A stretch of 64,000 nucleotides of DNA, from contig VERJ01000002.1 of the NCBI GenBank assembly GCA_018882795.1, positions 12,049 through 76,048 of the forward strand, in the 5' to 3' direction. The stretch comes from Burkholderiaceae bacterium (GTDB taxonomy: Bacteria > Pseudomonadota > Gammaproteobacteria > Burkholderiales > Burkholderiaceae_A). Below the pieces are notes generated by a model. The model was given only the letters and a program-made list of their open reading frames with translations, had not been told where the DNA came from and ran no database searches. This document shows, piece after piece, positions 56,709 through 64,000 of the stretch; the first letter of the stretch is position 1, and each line of letters begins with the position of its first letter. Both the position numbers and the translations under genes were made by a program.

Positions 56709-59249
56709 TTGCACGGTCAGAGTGGAAATCAATTGAATCGCTTTAATGCAATTCCTGGGGGTCTGAGCGAATCTGAAGCAGCTTTCCGCCTGGCACGAGA
56801 TGGCCCCAATCTGTTGCCCCAGGCGGGGGCGCGTTCGCTTATGCGTATTGCGCTCAGTGTGCTGCGCGAGCCGGTTTTCCAGCTGCTGTTAGCTGCCGGC
56901 CTGCTGTACTTCTTTTTGGGTGAGTTAATTGATGCCCTGGTGCTGTCGGTTTTTGTGCTGCTAAGTGCTGCAATTTCAATTATTCAGCAAAAACGCGCTG
57001 ATCGGGTGATGGAAAGCCTGCGGCATCTTTCCGCACCGCGTGCCATTGTGATCCGTGGGGGTATCCAGCGGCGTATTCCAGCGCGAGCGTTAGTGAGGGG
57101 CGATCTGATCTTGCTTTCGGAAGGTGATCGTGTGGCTGCTGATGCGATATTGCTTGAGTCGCGGGAACTCCAAGTAGATGAATCTTTGCTTACTGGCGAG
57201 TCCGTTCCGGTTGAGAAATCCGAGCTGCGGCAGGAGGAAGCCTGCCGTGTATTTCTCGGTACGCTGGTGGTGCGGGGTCGTGGAGTGGCACAGGTAACAG
57301 CAACGGGGGTGGCCACGGAGTTTGGCAGGATCGGTCTGTCAGTGCAGCGCATTGAGGAGCGCCCAGGACGCCTTTCGCTCGATATCAGAAAGCTCGTGAA
57401 ATTTTTCACGCTGTCGGCGATCCTGGTCAGTATTCTGGTGTTTCTGTTCTATTGGCGCTCAACCAACGATTGGGTCACCGCCGCACTTTCTGGGATCACT
57501 GCAGCTATGGGCCTGATCCCTGAGGAATTTGCGGTGGTGTTGACGGCCTTCATGGCGATGGGCGCGTGGCGGCTATCTCGGCATGAGGTGCTTACGCGTC
57601 AGAGCAGTGCAATTGAGACCCTCGGGGCCGCTACTGTGCTCTGCACGGATAAGACTGGCACGCTGACTCTGAATGAAATGCGCGTGGTGGCGGTCTCCCC
57701 TTTGGGGGATGGAATCGTTGATATCGGGAGCATCGATCCCGCGTCAGTCAAGCAATTCATGCGGCATGCGGTATTGGCCTGCGAGCCCAATCCACTGGAC
57801 CCTATGGAGAAGGCGATCCATGCGCTGTACCAGGTTCACTATGATGTGCCCCCCAGCGCTAAGCCAGGGGCAATCGTCAGGGCTTATGGTCTGTCGCCCG
57901 AGTTCTCTGCCATGACGAATGTCTGGCCAGGCCCAACCGATGGACTGCAGGCTGCGGTGATGAAAGGGGCCCCAGAGGTAGTGCTGCAGTGTTGTGGTCT
58001 TACGCCATCGCGCGCTGCTGAGATTTTGCAGACCGCAAGCCGGATGGCCGACCGCGGTTTGCGGGTTCTGGCGGTAGCGGCGCGGGACCTGAGATCCGCT
58101 GAATTGCCAGATCACCAGTGTGATCTTGATCTGGATTTTGTAGGATTGATCGGTCTGGCAGATCCTCTGCGGCCATCCGTGCCTGCTGCGGTTCTGCAAT
58201 GCAGGAGTGCAGGCATTCGGGTCGTGATGATCACTGGAGATTATCCGGCTACTGCAGTTGCAATCGCTCAGCAGGCAGGGATTCTCTCGGAGCAGGATGA
58301 TCCTGATCGCGTGTTGATGACTGGCGAGCAGCTCGATCAGATGCCGGATGGTGCATTGGCCAGTCGCATCCAACAGGTTCTGGTATTTGCACGGATCAAG
58401 CCGATTCAGAAATTGCGCATTGTGCAGATGCTGCAGCAGGCAGGTGAGGTGGTGGGTATGACGGGCGATGGCGTGAATGATGCGCCCGCCCTGAAGGCGG
58501 CTGATATCGGTATTGCCATGGGTGTCCGAGGCACTGATGTCGCCCGCGAGGCCGCGGTCCTGGTGCTCCTGCAGGAGGACTTTGGCGCTATTGTGAAAGC
58601 GATTGCCCGTGGTCGGCAGATCTATGCGAATCTACGCAAGGCAGTGGGATTCATTGTCTCGATCCATATCCCGATCGCAGGACTCGCGGTATTGCCAGTA
58701 TTGCTCGGTCTTCCGCCGGTGTTTTTTCCTGTACACATCGCCTTTATGGAGATGGTGATTGATCCTGCGGGATCGTTTGTGTACGAATCAGAGGTTGCCG
58801 ATGCGGATTTAATGCAGCGCCCACCCCGCTCACGCGAGGAGTTTATTTATCCCTTGCCGTTAATGACGAAAAGCATGTTGCAGGGTCTGCTGGTCTTGGC
58901 CATGACACTGGCCGCCTATTTGGTGGTGCGTTCTTTGCACGCCGATGAGACCTTGGTGCGAGGCATGGTTTTCGTCGGTCTCGTTGCCTCGGGGCTGGCG
59001 ATCATCTCTATTAATATGCATCGTCGGCATGGTCTTCAGATACTGGGCAGAGAAGCCAATCCCGCCTTCCTGCTGATCGTGGCGGCCACACTCATGATTC
59101 TCAGCCTGCTCTTTCTTGTGCCCACCCTGCGGGAAGTTTTTCACTTTGGTGCGCTGTCGCCGTTGCTGTTTATCTCTGCCTTGGGGTTTGGTCTGGTGAA
59201 TTACGGCCTGCTGCGGATCACCGAGGGCATTTTTCCGGCCCGGGGCTGA
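56709..59249 (+). CDS. Cation-transporting P-type ATPase (P2-like)
   Basis: TGES, IPEEF, DKTGT, KGAPE, MITGD, GDGVNDAPAL. Confidence 0.92.
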   Translation: MHGQSGNQLNRFNAIPGGLSESEAAFRLARDGPNLLPQAGARSLMRIALSVLREPVFQLLLAAGLLYFFLGELIDALVLSVFVLLSAAISIIQQKRADRVMESLRHLSAPRAIVIRGGIQRRIPARALVRGDLILLSEGDRVAADAILLESRELQVDESLLTGESVPVEKSELRQEEACRVFLGTLVVRGRGVAQVTATGVATEFGRIGLSVQRIEERPGRLSLDIRKLVKFFTLSAILVSILVFLFYWRSTNDWVTAALSGITAAMGLIPEEFAVVLTAFMAMGAWRLSRHEVLTRQSSAIETLGAATVLCTDKTGTLTLNEMRVVAVSPLGDGIVDIGSIDPASVKQFMRHAVLACEPNPLDPMEKAIHALYQVHYDVPPSAKPGAIVRAYGLSPEFSAMTNVWPGPTDGLQAAVMKGAPEVVLQCCGLTPSRAAEILQTASRMADRGLRVLAVAARDLRSAELPDHQCDLDLDFVGLIGLADPLRPSVPAAVLQCRSAGIRVVMITGDYPATAVAIAQQAGILSEQDDPDRVLMTGEQLDQMPDGALASRIQQVLVFARIKPIQKLRIVQMLQQAGEVVGMTGDGVNDAPALKAADIGIAMGVRGTDVAREAAVLVLLQEDFGAIVKAIARGRQIYANLRKAVGFIVSIHIPIAGLAVLPVLLGLPPVFFPVHIAFMEMVIDPAGSFVYESEVADADLMQRPPRSREEFIYPLPLMTKSMLQGLLVLAMTLAAYLVVRSLHADETLVRGMVFVGLVASGLAIISINMHRRHGLQILGREANPAFLLIVAATLMILSLLFLVPTLREVFHFGALSPLLFISALGFGLVNYGLLRITEGIFPARG

Positions 59250-59294
59250 GGCCCGATAATAGGCCTTTGCTGATGCGATCAGGAAAGGTATTCC

Positions 59295-60893
59295 ATGCAG
59301 GCATTGTCCGATATCAAGACCGTCGATTTTAGTTTTGTGCGCAGTCGCTTGCTCAACCGACAAGAGATTGCACTGCTGGATGTTCGCGAAGAGGATCCCC
59401 ATGCCCAGGCCCATCCCCTGTTTGCTGCGAATTTCCCGCTCTCTCGGCTGGAAGTTGATGCTTATGCAAAGCTGCCCAATCGGAGGGTGCCTGTGGTGAC
59501 GATCGATGCCGGTGAGGGCCTTGCGGAGATTGCGGCCAGGCGGCTTGTGGGTCTGGGCTATCGGCAGGTGGCAGTGTTTTCAGGAGGGGTGGCCGCATGG
59601 GCTGCGGCTGGGGGAGAACTCTTTCGCGATGTCAATGTACCCAGCAAGAGTTTCGGCGAATTTGTCGAGGCCCATTGCCACACCCCATCGCTTTCGGCAC
59701 AGGAGGTCAAGGCACTACTGGATAGAAATGAAGATGTCGTGGTGGTGGATGTCCGCCGATTTGACGAATACCAGACGATGAATATCCCAAGCGGCATCAG
59801 TGTCCCCGGTGCCGAGTTGGTGCTTCGGGTGCCGGAATTGGCCATTCGGCCCAATACCCGTGTGATTGTGAATTGTGCGGGCCGCACCCGCAGCATTATT
59901 GGCACACAGTCTCTTGTCAACGCAGGTATTCCAAATCCAGTCTCTGCCTTGCGTAACGGCACCATCGGCTGGACGCTTGCGGGACAAGTACTCGAGACTG
60001 GCGCATCGCGCCGATTCTCAGAGCCAAGTCCTGAAACGCTGCGGATTGCACAGGCACGCTCCCAAGCGGTTGCGGATCGTGCCGGCGTGAAGCGCGGTAG
60101 CCTTGCCGATCTTGTGGTTTGGCGTGCAGATCAGCAGCGCACCACCTATTACTTTGATCCCCGCACGCCGGAGGAGTACGAGCGGGGCCATCTGCCGGGA
60201 TTCCGTTCAGCACCCGGTGGCCAGCTGGTGCAGGAAACCGAAATGGTTGCGCCGGTGCGTGGCGCACGCATTGTGCTGGCCGATATTCACGGTGTGCGTG
60301 CCAATATGACGGCCTCATGGCTTGCGCAGATGGCATGGGAAGTCGTGGTGATCGATGGTCTGACCGAATCTGATCTCTCGGAGCAGGGGCCATGGCAGCC
60401 ACCACTGCCGCCGATGCCGGCAGTCACGTGGATCACCGCCCAGGAGCTCTGGCAGCAGATGAAGACATCGTCCGATCTTGTGTTGATCGATTTCAGTACC
60501 CATGCCCACTATGTGCGTGGTCATATTCCTGGCGCTTGGTATGCCCTGCGGTCACAGCTTGCAAAAGCCATGGAGGCCATCCCTGTATCGTCGCATCTGG
60601 TGTTGACCGCATCTCAGGAAGCGCTTGCATGCTTTGCAGCGGAAGATGTCCGCGCAGCGGCCAGATCGGCTAGGGTGAGCGTGTTAAAAGGCGGCAACGC
60701 TGCCTGGCAGGCGGCCGGCCTTGAAATAGAGACTGGGCCAACCTGTCTGGCCTCCCCGCCCATTGATCGCTATCGGCGCCCCTATGAGGGCACAACGGTT
60801 GAACCCGCCGCCATGCAGGCCTATCTGGATTGGGAGTTCGGCCTTGTCGAGCAACTCAGCCGCGATGGCACCCATCACTTTCGTGTGATCTGA
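59295..60893 (+). CDS. Four-domain rhodanese-related sulfurtransferase
   Basis: LDVRE, VDVRR..EY, CAGRTR loop, GHLPG, GHIPGA, GG..AW repeats. Confidence 0.88.
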   Translation: MQALSDIKTVDFSFVRSRLLNRQEIALLDVREEDPHAQAHPLFAANFPLSRLEVDAYAKLPNRRVPVVTIDAGEGLAEIAARRLVGLGYRQVAVFSGGVAAWAAAGGELFRDVNVPSKSFGEFVEAHCHTPSLSAQEVKALLDRNEDVVVVDVRRFDEYQTMNIPSGISVPGAELVLRVPELAIRPNTRVIVNCAGRTRSIIGTQSLVNAGIPNPVSALRNGTIGWTLAGQVLETGASRRFSEPSPETLRIAQARSQAVADRAGVKRGSLADLVVWRADQQRTTYYFDPRTPEEYERGHLPGFRSAPGGQLVQETEMVAPVRGARIVLADIHGVRANMTASWLAQMAWEVVVIDGLTESDLSEQGPWQPPLPPMPAVTWITAQELWQQMKTSSDLVLIDFSTHAHYVRGHIPGAWYALRSQLAKAMEAIPVSSHLVLTASQEALACFAAEDVRAAARSARVSVLKGGNAAWQAAGLEIETGPTCLASPPIDRYRRPYEGTTVEPAAMQAYLDWEFGLVEQLSRDGTHHFRVI

Positions 60894-61798
60894 GCCTTGA
60901 TCCAGCCGTAGCCGCTGACCATGACAATGCCGGTCAGCACAAGCACTGCGCCAACCATGAAACTAAGCTCAAGCGGCTCATTGAGTAGCCAGACACCGAA
61001 GGCGACGCCAAAAAGTGGTGTAAGAAATGAAAATACTCCGAGCTGAGAGGCCATGTAGTGCCGCAGCAGCCAGAACCAGGCCAGATAGCTTGCAAAGCAC
61101 ACCACAACAGACTGAAAAATCATGCTGGTCCAGGCGATGGCTGTCCAGCGGATTGTGGTTTGATCAAGCAAGATGGTGGCAATAACGAGCAGAACAAAGG
61201 CGACTGCCAGTTGATAGAGCAGGGTTTGTGCAGCTGATACCCTTGCCAGTCTGGAGCAACGTACTGCCACTGTGGTAGCCCCCCAGACCATACCTGCAGC
61301 GACGGCCAGCAGATCACCGAAGAGCATATCTGCCGTATTGATTTCAGGGCCGACGCCCGAACGCATAAGGAATGTGATTGCAATGCCCGAGAACGCTAGA
61401 CCAATACCGGCCCATTGAATCATTCCCAGGCGCTCGGAGGGCATGAGCCAGTGCAGTCCCAGCGCAGCAAAGATAGGGGCCGTGTACAAAAACACGGCCA
61501 TGTGCGAGGCCGTAGTGAATCGCAGCCCTTCACCCACCAGCAAGAACTCCAGTGCAAAAAGCACACCTACCAAGAGTCCCGGCTTCCAGGTACCACCGGC
61601 AAGCTCAAGCCGTTCTTTTCTGGCCACCATCAGCAGTGTTACAAGCACCGCAGCCACTCCCGAGCGCAGCGCGATCTGCATCAGCGGGGTCACATCGGCG
61701 GCTGCCATTTTCAACACCACCTGGGTAAGGCCCCAAATCAGGCAGAGCACTACCATCAGGCCAATTGAGGTTGGATCAAGCGATTTTCTACTGTCCAT
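60875..61798 (-). CDS. EamA/DMT family transporter
   Basis: About 10 TM segments; IWG, LYTAP and FLTPLFGV motifs. Confidence 0.88.
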   Translation of the reverse strand: MDSRKSLDPTSIGLMVVLCLIWGLTQVVLKMAAADVTPLMQIALRSGVAAVLVTLLMVARKERLELAGGTWKPGLLVGVLFALEFLLVGEGLRFTTASHMAVFLYTAPIFAALGLHWLMPSERLGMIQWAGIGLAFSGIAITFLMRSGVGPEINTADMLFGDLLAVAAGMVWGATTVAVRCSRLARVSAAQTLLYQLAVAFVLLVIATILLDQTTIRWTAIAWTSMIFQSVVVCFASYLAWFWLLRHYMASQLGVFSFLTPLFGVAFGVWLLNEPLELSFMVGAVLVLTGIVMVSGYGWIKAQITRK

Positions 61799-61974
61799 AG
61801 CTTTTGCATTGTAGCTTTTGTCGCGATACAACTTCTGATGGTGCGATGGGTCCGGCAGCTGTGTGCCGATTTGAAACCACACTTACGCTGTGCACCATCG
61901 GATATGCCTGTGCTTTACAGTGCAGCAACTGGAGTCGTCTGATTTCGCTATTAATTTAATTTTTGGAGAGCACC

Positions 61975-62511
61975 ATGGCAGAAGCAATCCCCCAGTTCGG
62001 TGAAATGATGTTCAAGTCTGCAGCGCAAACATGTTCTGATGTCGCTGCTGCAACATTTAAGGGTATGGAAAAAATGGCCCATGTCCAGTTAAATGTGGCA
62101 CGCGAAACGCTCAACCACAGCGCCGAGAGCATGAAGGCTCTGACCTCGGCCAAAAGCCCTCAGGACATCATGAAAGTGCAGGCAGCCATGGCAAAATTGT
62201 CGATGGAGAGTTTGACAGCGTTGACCGGTGCGGCCTGCGGCATTGGGGTGGAGACCGCCAAGGCGCTCTCCCAAATGCAGGAGGCCCAGGTCGCGGAGTT
62301 CGGTGAACGTATTCATAACGCGATCGAGCAGTTCGCAAAATATGCACCCGCCGGATCAGAGAGCAGTGTGGCTTTGGCCCGATCGGCATGGAATGCGGCG
62401 GGTCAGGCATTTGAGACCGCCACCAATGCCACCCGCCAGGCCATTGCAGCAGCCGAAAGGAATGTGGAATCAGTTGGTAAAGTCAGCCTGAACCTTGTGA
62501 AGTCAGCTTAG
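61975..62511 (+). CDS. phaP: Phasin (PHA granule protein)
   Basis: EKMAHVQL, AKSPQD and APAGSE motifs of betaproteobacterial phasins. Confidence 0.8.
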   Translation: MAEAIPQFGEMMFKSAAQTCSDVAAATFKGMEKMAHVQLNVARETLNHSAESMKALTSAKSPQDIMKVQAAMAKLSMESLTALTGAACGIGVETAKALSQMQEAQVAEFGERIHNAIEQFAKYAPAGSESSVALARSAWNAAGQAFETATNATRQAIAAAERNVESVGKVSLNLVKSA

Positions 62512-62586
62512 ACCCTGTCGGCAGCTTTGATGTAACAATCGCAGTATTACGGCCCGTGGTGGGCCGATTGCGATTGAGAGTGCATC

Positions 62587-63537
62587 ATGCTGTTTGAACA
62601 ATCACATATCGCCGTCATGGGCGCGGGCGCCGTTGGCTGCTTCTTTGGCGGTCGACTGGCCCGTGCCGGGCGTGCGGTCACCCTGATCGCCCGGCCTGAT
62701 CACGTCCGGGCTATACAGCAGCACGGACTGCGTATGAATTGCCTGGACTTTCAGCAGTCGGTCGTGGTGTCGGCTACCGATGATGTGGCTGCATTGGCCG
62801 ATGTTGATCTGGTGCTGTTATCGGTCAAGTCGCCGGACACCGGGCCTACCATGCTACAGATCAGGCCTTTTCTGAAGCCTGATGCCTGCATTCTGAGTTT
62901 GCAAAACGGCGTAGATAATTGCGACCGTATTCGCCAACTCATAACCCAACCTGCGTACGCGGCGGTAGTTTATGTTGCAGCAGCAATGACCGCACCGGGA
63001 ACACTGAAGCACTTCGGCCGCGGTGAACTGGTGATTGGCGATCCGGGCGCAGCCGTGACAGGGATCGCCCAGGATCAGCTCAATCGCATTAGTGAAATTT
63101 TTCAATCCGCCAGCATTCCCTGTACGATCTCGGCGAATATCAAGCATGAGCTTTGGTTCAAGTTTCTAGTGAATTGTGTCTACAACGGCATTTCGGCAAT
63201 TGCGCAAATTCGGTATGGCGAGATGGTCAAGGTGCCGCAGATTCGAGAGCTTATTGAAGAGCTGACACGCGAGTTCCTGCAGGTGGCCCAGGCTGAAGGG
63301 GTGAACATCACTTGGGAAAACGCCATGGCTGCGAATCAGGCAATCGCGGACACCATGGCGGGCCAGCGTTCATCCACGGCCCAAGATCTGGCACGTAGCA
63401 GGCCAACCGAGATTGATTTCCTAAATGGGTTGATTGTGAAACAAGGCAAGGTCCATGGTATTCCCACACCCGCCCATCAGGCGATTTATGGATTAGTGAA
63501 AATGATGGAGCAAACACCAGCGCGAGGGGAAACATGA
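62587..63537 (+). CDS. panE: Ketopantoate reductase family
   Basis: [33 protein letters not shown]. Confidence 0.85.
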   Translation: MLFEQSHIAVMGAGAVGCFFGGRLARAGRAVTLIARPDHVRAIQQHGLRMNCLDFQQSVVVSATDDVAALADVDLVLLSVKSPDTGPTMLQIRPFLKPDACILSLQNGVDNCDRIRQLITQPAYAAVVYVAAAMTAPGTLKHFGRGELVIGDPGAAVTGIAQDQLNRISEIFQSASIPCTISANIKHELWFKFLVNCVYNGISAIAQIRYGEMVKVPQIRELIEELTREFLQVAQAEGVNITWENAMAANQAIADTMAGQRSSTAQDLARSRPTEIDFLNGLIVKQGKVHGIPTPAHQAIYGLVKMMEQTPARGET

Positions 63538-63986
63538 CTTCCGAAAAATATCAGCCTCCAGGCCGAGATCGATTTCGTGCTTTTGAATTAATCCAGACCC
63601 GTTGGCATGACAACGATGTCTATCAGCACGTAAACAACGTGATTTATTACTCTTATTTCGATACCGCCGTAAATAAGGTACTGGTGGATCGTGGGGTGTT
63701 GAATATCGCTAATAGTTCTGTGGTGGGGCTAGTAATCGAGACCCAGTGCAAATACTTTGCGCCGATCGCCTTCCCCGATTTGATCACTGTGGGCATCTGC
63801 ACCACCCACATTGGTAACAGCAGTGTGCGCTATGAAATCGGAATTTTCAGAAATGAAGAGCAGCGGGCCTCGGCTGTGGGACATTTCGTACATGTCTATG
63901 TGGATCGGACCACCAACCGGCCCGTGCCGATTCCAGATGGTGTTCGCGGCGTACTGAATGATTTGAAAGTGTCGGCCAGCAGTTAA
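63534..63986 (+). CDS. Acyl-CoA thioesterase (4HBT/YbgC hot-dog fold)
   Basis: [20 protein letters not shown]. Confidence 0.88.
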   Translation: MTSEKYQPPGRDRFRAFELIQTRWHDNDVYQHVNNVIYYSYFDTAVNKVLVDRGVLNIANSSVVGLVIETQCKYFAPIAFPDLITVGICTTHIGNSSVRYEIGIFRNEEQRASAVGHFVHVYVDRTTNRPVPIPDGVRGVLNDLKVSASS

Positions 63987-64000
63987 AAGGTGAGAGAAAG

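Noticed and set aside
61885..61930. PhaR-like TGC-rich sites upstream of the phasin gene
   Set aside because: Plausible, but too degenerate to delimit by eye.

Overview
A gene-dense chromosomal window from a betaproteobacterium, most likely Burkholderiales. This is inferred from the gene orders yqgE-yqgF-pyrB-pyrC'-plsC, apaH, pgm-waaC-waaA, tolC-pcm-tetR, uppP-trmB and nadB/nadC/nadA. The first ~26 kb is housekeeping: AzlCD, a cytochrome b/c' pair, DEAD-box helicase, GluQRS, hemL, rubredoxin, photolyase, pyrimidine, LPS and NAD genes, HU and tRNA-Gly(CCC). From ~26 to ~56 kb the content looks accessory. It holds a winged-helix plus stand-alone MASE1-like pair, pgi, a RodZ-like gene, an orphan FixJ-type regulator and a Fur-boxed Fe3+-binding protein. 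Divergent from the latter is a PpsR-controlled pucBAC (LH2) operon with atypical pigment-tuning residues and an unannotated 28-aa membrane peptide. Next come cfa and two paralogous XRE-like regulators, each beside the same palindrome (TCCACA-N5-TGTGGA). One faces a host-attachment/baeRF-like + small protein + Hsp20 cassette. The other faces a 17.5-kb same-strand run: a 1298-aa acidic repeat protein, a PrtDEF-type type I secretion system with an unusually short adaptor, a degenerate WecB-like protein and a reduced Tad pilus locus. The window ends with DUF883, a P-type ATPase, a multi-rhodanese protein, EamA, phasin, PanE and a thioesterase. I saw no integrase, transposase, CRISPR array or rRNA. 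All calls come from motif recognition by eye; no database searches were run.
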